Below, one piece after another: positions 42,657 through 51,940 of a stretch of 64,000 nucleotides of DNA. Below the pieces are notes generated by a model. It saw nothing but the letters and a program-made list of their open reading frames with translations, was not told the origin of the DNA and searched no databases. Source of the stretch: an uncultured Oscillospiraceae bacterium (lineage in GTDB: Bacteria > Bacillota > Clostridia > Oscillospirales > Oscillospiraceae); assembly GCA_905236305.1 (NCBI GenBank), contig CAJOPB010000108.1, positions 9,968 to 73,967 of the forward strand, read 5' to 3'. Numbering within the stretch: position 1 is the stretch's first letter; each line of letters opens with the position of its first letter. The translations under genes and the position numbers were made by a program.

Positions 42657-45600
42657 ATGAAAAAACGAATCACAAAGCATATTCTTCCGCTGCTGCTTAC
42701 CGTAGTGCTGGTACTCGGCACAGCAACACCCGCGCTGGCGGCAAGCTCCACGGCCACAAGGGTTTCGCTGAACCAGTCCAATGCGACCATGTATTTGCGC
42801 AGCGGAACCGATCCGAAGCTGACACTCGTCGCCAGCGTAACACCTTCGGATTACACCGGAACCATCAGCTGGTCCATCTCCGGTGAGAGCGGAGTCGTGC
42901 TTTTGTCCTCTACACAGGGCAGCAGCGTCACTGTGACTGCGAAGAAAGCGGGTGCTGCTACTGTTTCCGCCAAGGTAAACGGCAGTAACGGGACGCAATA
43001 TACCGCTTCCTGCCAAATTACTGTGATCAACGGCGATGCAGTGCTCCTGGGCGAAAGCGGTACAGCCAATGACTTTATTTCCCGCATAGTTTTGGGAAAT
43101 ACGCTGCGTATGCAGGATATATATGAGAGTCTGGTCAAACGCTTTACCAGTGCAGGCGGCGTTATGCAGCAGGCGGAGATCAGTTTCCCCTTTGTAGGCA
43201 ATGGCAACTTTGGACAGCTCTATACCAATGACACACAGTCCACCCGCGTGGACAACGGTTATCAGGACGCGCTTTCCACGCTGAGTGACATGTTTTTTGT
43301 CTCCGAGGGCGAGGGGGACTACATTATCTATTATACTGTTGCCGATAACAGTGTAATTCTCAGCGGCACCATCACAATCCGTGTGGAGGTAACGGCGAAA
43401 AACATCAGCTTTACCGTGGATGAAATGGAGAATTACACCTTTTCTGAGAACACCAGGGATGGAAATGCGGCGGAGGAGATGCTCAATACGAATTTGAGCA
43501 ATTATGGCTCCATACGCTTTGGCTCGGTCAGTGCGGAGGACAATGTAGGTACGCTTTACACAGATTCCACACAGGCGCGGGAGTGCCTGGTAAAAAAGGG
43601 CACTATTGTGGACCGTTTTGATGTCGGAAAGCTCTATTTTGTACCAAGCCGTCAAGGCGTGTTCCGGATTACCTACACGGCATTTTCCGGCAGCGAGGGT
43701 ACAGGCAGTGCGCTATTCAGCGGTACGATCAGCATTTCGGTGGGAATGGATTCCATGTTTATCACCGTGAATCTCAACGGTACCGATCCCTACACCTTCA
43801 GCGACAGTATCAGCAACAGCGGAGAAACCGCTGAGAGTCTGATCCTCAATGCAATCAACAGTGCTGTCGGCTCAGGAAACTGGAGCTATCTCACGCTGGA
43901 GCTGCCCTCGGAGGAGAGCCGGCAGATTGGCAGCCTCTATGAGACCTCCGGTTCCACTGACGTGCTGCCGGCAACCACTTTTATCAGCAAGTCCAGACTG
44001 GGCAGGCTCTATTTCAAGCCGAGCCGCGTGGGGATCTATGAGGTGGCCTACAATGCCTACAGCAGTACCTCAGCTTCGTCTCTGGTGACCTCGGGCACTC
44101 TGCGCCTGGTTGTCCCCTCCATTCCCTACGCACAGCGGGATCTCACTTATATGCTTTCCGCCGGAGAGACACTGAGCCTGACGGATTCGGCTTTTGAAAA
44201 GTGGTTTCAGGAGAAGCGGGGCGGTAATTACATACTCTCTCATGTGGTGTTTGATGAATATGAGGAGAGCTTTGGTACCTTCTATCATGACTCCACTGTA
44301 TTTGTCCCCTATAACAGCCCGGACTTTTATACCGAGTATACCGCCGGCAACCGGGGAAACAACGTGCGTCTGCTGAGTCATGTGACATATGAGGCGCCCC
44401 AAAAGAGCGGCTTTCAGGCAGTGAAATTTACCTGTTATGGCAATCTGCCCAACCGCACGAATATCGTCACCAGCAGCGGGGTGCTCTTTATATTTGTCAC
44501 AGCAGGGAATGTGCCCACTGTAACCTATGCCATCACCGAAAACTCCAATGTGCAGTTGGACCAGGAAGATTTTCTTGAGCCCTATCGCAGCGTCATGGGT
44601 GAGGCCCCCGAGCAGCCTGAATATTACATCCAGCTTTTAGGACTGCCCAGTGTTGGGAGACTCTTTTATGACTCCACCGGTTCTGGAAAGAGTACCACCC
44701 GGCTTACCGATTCCAATCTGGGAAGTTATAACTTCTACATCAACTACGGCAATTCCCGCAGCAATATCAGGACCCTGAGCTATGCGCCGGACGCCAGAAT
44801 TACCACCCCGGTTTCTGTGCCTTACGTGGCATTTTCCATCTCCGGGAAGCAGCTCTTTACCGGCGCCATTAACTTCCGGTACGGTTTGGAGAAGAATCTG
44901 ACTGTGTCCCTCTCCGGCTACCAGTTTGAAAACGCAGACGTAAACAATGGCATGAGCGGGAATAACGCCGTGCAGTATGTAACCTTTCAGCAGCCGTCCT
45001 CCGGCAAGCTCTGGCTGGACTACAGCAATGGGAGAGGAATAGAGGTAACGCCCTACATGAAGTTCTACACTGAAAATACCGTGGAGGGTGGGTATCCGAT
45101 TTCCAGCATGTGCTATATTCCAAAGGCGGGCGCCGTCGGCACGGTTCCACTGTATTTCACGGCCTATTCCCGCGGTGGAACGATATATCAGGATACAATA
45201 AATATTGAGCTGACCCACAAAACAGACTCCGATGTGTTCTGGGACGTCAACACCGACAATGTGGGCAAATGGGCTGCAGACTCCATAGACTTTGCAAACA
45301 AGTGGGGCCTGGTGAAAGGAACAGCAACAACCGGACAGCCCACCTTTACTCCGGGCAATACCATGCAGCGCTGCGACCTGGTGCTGATGCTCTACCGTAT
45401 GGCCGGCAGCCCGCCGGTGACCGGAATCATGCTTTATTCGGATGTCCCGGCAGGCGCTTACTATTACGACAGTGTGCTCTGGGCCTATGCAACCAATCTG
45501 ATGGAGGGCGTGGTATCCGATGATCTTTACGATCCCACGGGGGATATCACACGTCAGGACTTTGCCCGTATTCTATATAATTTCACCCGGTCAATGGGGC

Positions 45601-45800
45601 TCAGCACGGACAGCACCACAAGCCTGGGTGAGTATCAGGATCTCTCTCAGGTGGCAGGTTACGCGCTGGATGCCATGGCATGGGCTGTGAATATGGGCTA
45701 TATTACCAGTACCAGTTCCACGGAAAAGAAGCTTTCACCGACAGCAACAGCGACCCGGGCGGAGATTGCAACGCTGCTCCACCGCTATCTTACATATTAA
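42657..45800 (+). CDS. Large cell-surface protein: signal peptide, Big_2-like Ig domain, about six divergent internal repeats, three C-terminal SLH domains
   Basis: Signal peptide MKKRITKHILPLLLTVVLVLGTATPALA. The Ig-like segment is ATMYLRSG...VTVTAKKAGAATVSAKV. A recurring repeat signature is GxLY/F-xDS...(G)RLYFxPSRxGxxxxxYxAxS. The C-terminal SLH repeats are WDVNTDNVGKWAADSIDFANKWGLVKG, YSDVPAGAYYYDSVLWAYATNLMEG and YQDLSQVAGYALDAMAWAVNMGYI. Confidence 0.85.
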   Translation: MKKRITKHILPLLLTVVLVLGTATPALAASSTATRVSLNQSNATMYLRSGTDPKLTLVASVTPSDYTGTISWSISGESGVVLLSSTQGSSVTVTAKKAGAATVSAKVNGSNGTQYTASCQITVINGDAVLLGESGTANDFISRIVLGNTLRMQDIYESLVKRFTSAGGVMQQAEISFPFVGNGNFGQLYTNDTQSTRVDNGYQDALSTLSDMFFVSEGEGDYIIYYTVADNSVILSGTITIRVEVTAKNISFTVDEMENYTFSENTRDGNAAEEMLNTNLSNYGSIRFGSVSAEDNVGTLYTDSTQARECLVKKGTIVDRFDVGKLYFVPSRQGVFRITYTAFSGSEGTGSALFSGTISISVGMDSMFITVNLNGTDPYTFSDSISNSGETAESLILNAINSAVGSGNWSYLTLELPSEESRQIGSLYETSGSTDVLPATTFISKSRLGRLYFKPSRVGIYEVAYNAYSSTSASSLVTSGTLRLVVPSIPYAQRDLTYMLSAGETLSLTDSAFEKWFQEKRGGNYILSHVVFDEYEESFGTFYHDSTVFVPYNSPDFYTEYTAGNRGNNVRLLSHVTYEAPQKSGFQAVKFTCYGNLPNRTNIVTSSGVLFIFVTAGNVPTVTYAITENSNVQLDQEDFLEPYRSVMGEAPEQPEYYIQLLGLPSVGRLFYDSTGSGKSTTRLTDSNLGSYNFYINYGNSRSNIRTLSYAPDARITTPVSVPYVAFSISGKQLFTGAINFRYGLEKNLTVSLSGYQFENADVNNGMSGNNAVQYVTFQQPSSGKLWLDYSNGRGIEVTPYMKFYTENTVEGGYPISSMCYIPKAGAVGTVPLYFTAYSRGGTIYQDTINIELTHKTDSDVFWDVNTDNVGKWAADSIDFANKWGLVKGTATTGQPTFTPGNTMQRCDLVLMLYRMAGSPPVTGIMLYSDVPAGAYYYDSVLWAYATNLMEGVVSDDLYDPTGDITRQDFARILYNFTRSMGLSTDSTTSLGEYQDLSQVAGYALDAMAWAVNMGYITSTSSTEKKLSPTATATRAEIATLLHRYLTY

Positions 45801-45804
45801 TATT

Positions 45805-45845
45805 ATCAGGCAAGACCTCCGGCTTAGCCGGAGGTCTTGCCTGAT
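45805..45845 (+). terminator. Perfect 19-bp hairpin directly after the SLH protein gene
   Basis: ATCAGGCAAGACCTCCGGC-tta-GCCGGAGGTCTTGCCTGAT. A second perfect 15-bp palindrome (ATTCTTCACCAGTCC-gc-GGACTGGTGAAGAAT, 45871-45902) follows and is trailed by CCGTTCCTTTTT. Confidence 0.65.
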
Positions 45846-46044
45846 ATAAGCGATTTCCCTCGGAGGCGTCATTCTTCACCAGTCCGCGGACTGGTGAAGA
45901 ATCCGTTCCTTTTTACGCAGGGGACGCGGATTTCTCACCGGCGTGCGTAAAGGGTTCGGAAGGACGCCGTAGATAGGCAGCCTTAACTGAATGACATTGG
46001 CGTCTGAACTGTAGGTAAAACACCGCTTTACATCGAAATAGTAC

Positions 46045-46073
46045 TTGCTTTTTTTGCGTGGGGGAGTTATAAT
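46045..46073 (+). promoter_or_regulatory. Promoter of rpmE (TTGCTT-17-TATAAT)
   Basis: TTGCTT at 46045-46050, a 17-nt spacer, then TATAAT at 46068-46073. About 80 nt of structured leader follow. Confidence 0.65.
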
Positions 46074-46159
46074 GCCATTGCGTCTTGTAACGGCGCTGCT
46101 CGTCGCAATCCCCTCAGAGCGCGTACTCAAGACAGCTTATTATCAGGAGTGCAAGGAAC

Positions 46160-46357
46160 ATGAAAGAAGGCATCCATCCCAATTATCAGCCGACGACCAT
46201 TCGTTGTGCCTGCGGCAACGTGATCGAGACCGGAAGCACCCGGCAGAACATCACGGTTGAAATCTGCTCGAAGTGTCACCCCTTTTATACCGGCAAGCAA
46301 AAGCTGGTAGACACGAGCGGCCGTGTGGACAAGTTCAACAAGAAGTACGGCCTGTAA
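46160..46357 (+). CDS. rpmE: 50S ribosomal protein L31 (Zn-ribbon type A, CxxC...CxxC)
   Basis: [64 protein letters not shown], an unmistakable L31 sequence. Confidence 0.97.
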   Translation: MKEGIHPNYQPTTIRCACGNVIETGSTRQNITVEICSKCHPFYTGKQKLVDTSGRVDKFNKKYGL

Positions 46358-46360
46358 TTG

Positions 46361-46401
46361 AAAAAAACCCGGCTCCGCGTTCACCGCGGAGTCGGGTTTT
46401 T
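46361..46401 (+). terminator. Intrinsic terminator of rpmE
   Basis: AAAAAAACCCGGCTCCGCG-ttcac-CGCGGAGTCGGGTTTTT. Confidence 0.85.
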
Positions 46402-46417
46402 CCAATTGCAGTGTTTT

Positions 46418-46492
46418 CATGTCATGCAGTCTTCGACGCGCCTTCGGCACCATAAAACGCTTCACAGCGTTTTATGAAAGACTCGTATGAAC
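46418..46492. repeat. Dispersed repeat module B as an inverted pair flanking a 10-bp hairpin
   Basis: The left arm TCATGTCATGCAGTCTTC is the reverse complement of GAAGACTGCATGACATGA. The inner hairpin is CATAAAACGC-ttcaca-GCGTTTTATG. The right arm is GAAAGACTCGTATGAAC. Confidence 0.6.
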
Positions 46493-46522
46493 TGCCGTGA
46501 CGGAGAGCGATTCATAATTTCC

Positions 46523-46551
46523 TTGTCTTTTTCATATTTTGCATGTATAAT
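46523..46551 (+). promoter_or_regulatory. Promoter of murC (TTGTCT-17-TATAAT)
   Basis: TTGTCT at 46523-46528, a 17-nt spacer, then TATAAT at 46546-46551. The leader contains nested hairpins CTTGCCG(CCGGAC-tgt-GTCCGG)...CGGCAAG. Confidence 0.6.
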
Positions 46552-46642
46552 ACGAAAAGTCTCCTTGCCGGACTGTGTCCGGGAGGCGGAAACGGCAAGC
46601 TTATGTCGGAGGTTAAATGAAGTGAAGGATTTTTCAAAGTAC

Positions 46643-47998
46643 ATGCAGCCGGGGAAGCGGGGTTACCTGATTGGAATAGGCGGCGTATCCATGTCCCCCC
46701 TGGCAGAGGTTTTGGCAGATGCCGGATTGACGATTACCGGTTCGGATATGGCAGAAGGGGACAATGTCATCCATCTGCGCTCCAAGGGAATCCAGGTAAA
46801 TATCGGCCACCGTGCGGAGCAGATTACCGGTTCGGTGGATTTCGTTGTGAGAACCGCAGCTGCCCATGACGACAATCCGGAGATTATGGAGGCACGCCGT
46901 CTTGGCATTCCGGTGTTTGAGCGGACAGAAGCCTGGGGCGCCATTATGATGGACTATAAAAACGCCCTTTGCATTGCCGGAACCCACGGCAAGACCACAA
47001 CGACCTCCATGTGCACCCATATTCTGATGGCAGCCCAACTGGACCCCACAGTGATGATCGGGGGTACGCTGCCCCTGCTCCACGCCGGTCACCGGGTGGG
47101 AAAGGGAGATACCATCGTCATGGAGTCCTGCGAGTATTGCAATTCTTTTTTGAATTTCTATCCCACAGTTGCGGTGATTCTGGATATTGACGCAGATCAT
47201 CTGGACTTCTTTCACGATCTGGAGGACATCAAGAGCTCTTTCCGGGAGTTTGCCTCTCACGTTCCGCCGGAGGGAACGATCATTGCGAACTGCGACGACG
47301 AGAACACAATGGACGCTCTGCGCCCTCTGGGCAGAGAGCTGATGACCTTTGGCATGAGTGATGCGGCGGATGTCTGGCCGGAGAATATTGTTCAGCTGGG
47401 CCCCCGGTCGGAGTTTGACGTGATGTATCACGGAGAGCGCTATACCCATGTGACGCTCCATGTCCCCGGAATTCATAATGTGAAAAATGCTTTGGCGGCC
47501 TGTGCGGCGGCCATTGTCCTCAACTGCGGCCCGCTGGCTGTGGAATATGGCCTGGCGGCCTTTAATGGGGCCGGTCGGCGCTTTGAATTCAAAGGCAAGT
47601 TCAACGGGGCGGATGTCTATGACGACTATGCCCACCACCCGGGGGAGCTGCAGGTCCTGCTGGACACTGCCGGCGCTCTGGGCTACAAACGGATCATCGT
47701 GGTGTTTCAGCCCCACACTTATTCCAGGACCAAGGCGCTGTTTCAGAACTTCGTGGAACAGCTGCGCCGTCCGGATATCGCCATTCTGTCGGAGATTTAC
47801 GCCGCCCGGGAAACCAATACCATCGGTATCTCATCCAGGGATATAGCAAATGAAATCCCCAATTCCATGTATTTCGACAGCTTTGATGAGATTATCAAGA
47901 CCCTCCGCTGGACTGCTGCTCCCGGTGATCTGATTCTCACCGTCGGTGCGGGTGATATTTACAAGGTCGGGGAGAGACTGCTGGAGGAACAACAGTAA
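46643..47998 (+). CDS. murC: UDP-N-acetylmuramate--L-alanine ligase
   Basis: Blocks seen: YLIGIGGVSMSPLAEVL, IAGTHGKTTTTSM and DDYAHHPGE. An alternative start is GTG 46622, 9 nt after GGAGG, which would add 7 residues. Confidence 0.9.
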   Translation: MQPGKRGYLIGIGGVSMSPLAEVLADAGLTITGSDMAEGDNVIHLRSKGIQVNIGHRAEQITGSVDFVVRTAAAHDDNPEIMEARRLGIPVFERTEAWGAIMMDYKNALCIAGTHGKTTTTSMCTHILMAAQLDPTVMIGGTLPLLHAGHRVGKGDTIVMESCEYCNSFLNFYPTVAVILDIDADHLDFFHDLEDIKSSFREFASHVPPEGTIIANCDDENTMDALRPLGRELMTFGMSDAADVWPENIVQLGPRSEFDVMYHGERYTHVTLHVPGIHNVKNALAACAAAIVLNCGPLAVEYGLAAFNGAGRRFEFKGKFNGADVYDDYAHHPGELQVLLDTAGALGYKRIIVVFQPHTYSRTKALFQNFVEQLRRPDIAILSEIYAARETNTIGISSRDIANEIPNSMYFDSFDEIIKTLRWTAAPGDLILTVGAGDIYKVGERLLEEQQ

Positions 47999-48066
47999 TC
48001 ACACTTGTGAAAGCCGTTACAAGCTTTCCCCGCGTAGCTCCGGTTGTCCAGGTGTTCCCGAGACGA

Positions 48067-48095
48067 TTGACTTTGCCGTGCAAATACAATATAAT
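48067..48095 (+). promoter_or_regulatory. Consensus promoter (TTGACT-17-TATAAT) whose -10 box overlaps the first ATG of the K+ channel ORF
   Basis: TTGACT at 48067-48072, a 17-nt spacer, then TATAAT at 48090-48095. The first in-frame ATG lies at 48094-48096. Confidence 0.6.
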
Positions 48096-48126
48096 GAACC
48101 AAAAACGCGAAAGGGCGGAGGGCACA

Positions 48127-49344
48127 TTGAAGCAAAGCACTCGTGAAAGATGGATTGCCTTTCGCACACGCCTTGCCCGCATTGTGGAGGTTGGCGCAGC
48201 GGACGATCTGTTCAGCAGGGGATATGATTTCTGGATTACCGGAGTCATTGCGGTGAATTTGATCGTTTCAGTTCTCAGCACCTTTTCGGAAATATACAGT
48301 GTCTGCGGCACCGTACTGGATGTGCTGGAGTCCATGACAGTCGGCTTTTTCGCGGCGGACTATGCGCTGCGGCTGCTCTCTGCCCGTTATATTTTTTCCG
48401 GAAAATCCGAGTGGTCCGCGCTGGCAAAATACGTCTTCTCCTTCTCGGGTATTGTGGATCTGCTGAGCTTTTTGCCCTATTATCTGCCGGTATTCTTCCC
48501 GGACGGGGCAGTTGCCTTCCGTATATTCCGTATCATTCGCATATTCCGCCTGTTCCGCATTAATGCCTATTACGACTCTCTGAACGCAATTACAGAGGTA
48601 CTCTCAAAAAAGAAGCAGCAGCTGGCTTCCTCGGTGTTCATCATCCTGATTCTGATGCTCTCCAGCAGCCTTTGCATGTACAGCGTGGAGCACGATGCCC
48701 AGCCGGAGGTGTTTCAAAATGCTTTTTCCGGCATATGGTGGTCTGTATCTACGCTTTTGACGGTTGGCTATGGGGACATATACCCCATTACGCCCTTGGG
48801 GAAGGCACTGGGAATTCTGATCTCCTTTCTGGGCGTTGGGATGGTGGCTATACCTACAGGTATCATATCTGCGGGCTTTGTGGAACAGTATGCCCGGATG
48901 CAAAACAGTACCAGACTGGCCCGGGAGATGGACATCAATTTCATCAAAATCCAGCTGGAGCCAAAGGACAGCTGGATCGGCAAGAGTGTCGCAGAACTGC
49001 AGCTGCCCCACGGTATGATTCTTACCGCAATTCACCGGGCCCATGAGGTGCTGATTCCCCGGGGCGATGTGCGCCTGATGCTGCATGATACGGTGATTCT
49101 GGGAGCGGAGCCCCTCAGCGACCGCAGCCGCATTTACCTCAAGGAGATTTTCCTTGGCGATCAGAATCCCTGGAACGGTCAGTTGATCCGGGATCTGGAC
49201 ATCTCCCGACAGAGCATGATTGTCATGGTCAAGCGCGGCGGCCGGGTGATCATTCCCAAGGGAAACACTCGCCTGAAGGCCGGGGATTGCCTGGTGCTTC
49301 ACACAAAACTGCATCTCAGCGGCAGTACAAACATTGAAATATGA
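48127..49344 (+). CDS. Potassium channel (TVGYGD pore) with two C-terminal RCK/TrkA-C domains
   Basis: Selectivity filter WWSVSTLLTVGYGDIYP. An S4-like stretch FRIFRIIRIFRLFRI. TrkA-C-like repeats (IGKSVAELQLPHGMILTAIHR... and LIRDLDISRQSMIVMVKRGG...). I placed the start at TTG 48127, 5 nt after GGAGG, because the ATG at 48094 lies inside the -10 box. Confidence 0.8.
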   Translation: MKQSTRERWIAFRTRLARIVEVGAADDLFSRGYDFWITGVIAVNLIVSVLSTFSEIYSVCGTVLDVLESMTVGFFAADYALRLLSARYIFSGKSEWSALAKYVFSFSGIVDLLSFLPYYLPVFFPDGAVAFRIFRIIRIFRLFRINAYYDSLNAITEVLSKKKQQLASSVFIILILMLSSSLCMYSVEHDAQPEVFQNAFSGIWWSVSTLLTVGYGDIYPITPLGKALGILISFLGVGMVAIPTGIISAGFVEQYARMQNSTRLAREMDINFIKIQLEPKDSWIGKSVAELQLPHGMILTAIHRAHEVLIPRGDVRLMLHDTVILGAEPLSDRSRIYLKEIFLGDQNPWNGQLIRDLDISRQSMIVMVKRGGRVIIPKGNTRLKAGDCLVLHTKLHLSGSTNIEI

Positions 49345-49407
49345 TGATTTGATGCTGTTTTCAATATCATGCTTCATTTTTTAAAAAAGTATCTCGCATA
49401 TACTTGG

Positions 49408-49448
49408 CAAAAGCAGCCTGGCCGACAGAAACGACCAGGCTGCTTTTG
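49408..49448. terminator. Bidirectional terminator between the convergent K+ channel and GH2 genes
   Basis: CAAAAGCAGCCTGG-ccgacagaaacga-CCAGGCTGCTTTTG forms a perfect 14-bp stem with A/T tracts on both sides. Confidence 0.8.
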
Positions 49449-49544
49449 TGCTTTCTTCAGATTGTCCCGGACTGCCTGGGGGCAGGGTGCAGAGCGCTTT
49501 CATACGGTTCTTCCATAAAACATAGTGTTTATGGAAAAATAGTA

Positions 49545-51920
49545 TTAAAGTGTGAAATGCACACTTTCCCCCGCATCCGACCGGACCGTGACGGCACCAC
49601 CGGTGCCACACTTTTTCAAAATCAGTTGTGCGCGACCGTTCCATGTCCTGGTTCTGCCCACATTGTAATTCTCCTCCGGCCTCGGATTTCCGCTGCCGAA
49701 GCCCAGCAGGTCAGCGCCTGTGACCTCCGCGGTAACAAGCGCGTCTCCACCTGTCCGTGTGACTGAGAGATAAACCAGCTCATCGCCTTCAAAGTCTCTG
49801 GAGACGGCAAGCTCCGCTGCCTCTGCCGTGTTGAGGGCAAAGGAGCCGAGAAGGTCCGCTGCCTTGAGCTCACCGGGTACGTAGACCGTCTCAAAGAGTG
49901 CGCGGAAGCCGTTTTGTGCGCCGGCAGGCTGCCTGCCGACAGATTTCCCATTCACAAAAAGCTCCACCTCGTCCGCGGCGGAATAGACCTCCACAACGAC
50001 GGGTTTTCCGTCACATCCACTCCAGTCCCAGGACGAAACTGCGTCACTCATGACCCAGGGTGTCTTGATCAGTGCTTCTCCATAGTGCCTTGGGTCCTGC
50101 ACTGCAATGAACGGCGTTTTACGCAGCCCGAAAACAATCTCCCGGTAATAGGACAGGGGGCGCCGGAACCCTGTGAGATCCAGGTCGCCGCAATATGCCA
50201 GCTGGCAGGGAAATTGTGCGCCGAAGCCGCCCTCTCCAAACCGGTATGCGGGAATGCCGACCCCGGCCTCACCGATGTAGTCCCAGCCCGTCCAGGTGAA
50301 GTCGCCGATCACACAGGGCAGCTTTTCCACCAATGCCCAGTTGCGTGCAATGTCCGGTGGATAGGTTTCGGACCCGACCATTACCCGGTTCGGATAGGCT
50401 GCACTGTCCGGCTCATAGCGTGCGGCCATGTAGTTGTAGCCGGCCACATCCAGAGAGGCGCAGGCTTTTTCAAGACGTGAGGTGATGGCAGGATGGACGA
50501 CGATTTGATCCATTTTTGTGTCCATTACCGTCATGAAATCGTTGACATTTCCGTCAATTTCACCTGCTGCCTGCATGTCGCGGGAAATATCCGCCATGAT
50601 AACGCCCATCTGGTCTCCGGCGGCAAACACACCGTTGATGCCCGCGGTGGTATAACGCGTGGGGTCCAGCTGCGAAATCAGCCTGCTGATGTCAGCGCAG
50701 ATTTTGCTTCCGGCATCCGTACCGATCTCCGGAATTTCATTGCCGACAGAGTACAGGATCACGGAGGGGTGATTGAAATCCTTTTTTACCATCAGACTGA
50801 CATCGGTCTGCCACCAGCGCGCAAAGTCCAGCGCGTAGTCCAGATCATTCTTGGCGCGGCTCCACATGTCGGAAAACTCGTCCATGACATACATTCCCAG
50901 ACGGTCGCAGGCGCGCAGCAGTGCTGGAGCGGCGGGATGATGGGACATACGGATGGCGTTAAAGCCGGCATCGCGGAGGAGCTTGATTTGGCGGTATTGG
51001 GCGTCATAATATGTGGCTGCCCCCAGCAAACCGCTGTCATGATGGATGCAGGCGCCGCGCAGCTTGACGGATTTCCCGTTGACCCGCAGGCCGCGGGCGG
51101 CGTCAAGGGAAAGGGTACGAATGCCGAAGCTGTCCGCAGAGGTGTCCAATAGCGTTCCATTCTCATCCAGCAGCTGGCTGCTGAGGGTATAAAGCGCGGG
51201 CGTATCCGCGGACCACAGCGCGGGCTGCTTCACGAGAATGCGCTGCACCAGTTGCCGGGACTCTCCGGCTGACAAAAACGCCGTGGTTTTTTCCTCTGCG
51301 GCAACAGCGCCGCTTTCTGCGATGAGCGTTGTGCGGAGTGTCAGCGTTCTGGAAAAGGCGCCGCCGTTGACTACATCAGTTTTTACATGCACGACGGCCA
51401 AGTCCTGGCCGGCGTTCTCTGTCACGGCCTGAACGCTGTCCGGCTCGATCCGCACCTGTCCGGAGGTGAGCAGATACACGTCCCGATAGATGCCGCTGCC
51501 GGAATACCACCGGCTGTTTGTCATGCCTGCATTGCGCACCTGTACACGAATTTCGTTGTCTCCGGTACGAAGATAGGGGGTTATGTCCACATAAAAGCTG
51601 GTGTAGCCGTTCGGCTCCGTCCCGGCAAGCTGCTCGTTGACATAGATCAGCGCATGGCAGTACACCCCCTCAAATTTCAGCACGAAGCGGGTGCCTCTCT
51701 CTGTCTTTGGGACAGAGAGTTTTTTGACATAGGTATAGTTTCCGCCGTCCCGGTAGCCGGTGTTGCCGGCGTTGGGGCTCTCTGCGTAGGCGGATTGTTC
51801 GATCATTGCGTCATGCGGCAGCGTCACGTCCCGGGCATTTTCCGGGATATTCCAGACCAGAGCGAAGGCATCCTTGTCTGCCCAGAATTTCCAATTCTCA
51901 TTCCATTTTACACACTTCAT
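49545..51920 (-). CDS. Glycoside hydrolase family 2 (beta-galactosidase/beta-glucuronidase-like)
   Basis: GH2 sugar-binding N-domain (FEGVYCHALIYVNEQLAG...YTSFYVDITPYL). TIM-barrel blocks are NAIRMSHHP and FNHPSVILYSVGNEI (acid/base Glu). 791 aa. Confidence 0.85.
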   Translation of the reverse strand: MKCVKWNENWKFWADKDAFALVWNIPENARDVTLPHDAMIEQSAYAESPNAGNTGYRDGGNYTYVKKLSVPKTERGTRFVLKFEGVYCHALIYVNEQLAGTEPNGYTSFYVDITPYLRTGDNEIRVQVRNAGMTNSRWYSGSGIYRDVYLLTSGQVRIEPDSVQAVTENAGQDLAVVHVKTDVVNGGAFSRTLTLRTTLIAESGAVAAEEKTTAFLSAGESRQLVQRILVKQPALWSADTPALYTLSSQLLDENGTLLDTSADSFGIRTLSLDAARGLRVNGKSVKLRGACIHHDSGLLGAATYYDAQYRQIKLLRDAGFNAIRMSHHPAAPALLRACDRLGMYVMDEFSDMWSRAKNDLDYALDFARWWQTDVSLMVKKDFNHPSVILYSVGNEIPEIGTDAGSKICADISRLISQLDPTRYTTAGINGVFAAGDQMGVIMADISRDMQAAGEIDGNVNDFMTVMDTKMDQIVVHPAITSRLEKACASLDVAGYNYMAARYEPDSAAYPNRVMVGSETYPPDIARNWALVEKLPCVIGDFTWTGWDYIGEAGVGIPAYRFGEGGFGAQFPCQLAYCGDLDLTGFRRPLSYYREIVFGLRKTPFIAVQDPRHYGEALIKTPWVMSDAVSSWDWSGCDGKPVVVEVYSAADEVELFVNGKSVGRQPAGAQNGFRALFETVYVPGELKAADLLGSFALNTAEAAELAVSRDFEGDELVYLSVTRTGGDALVTAEVTGADLLGFGSGNPRPEENYNVGRTRTWNGRAQLILKKCGTGGAVTVRSDAGESVHFTL

Positions 51921-51940
51921 TTTCCCACACCTCGTGTTTT

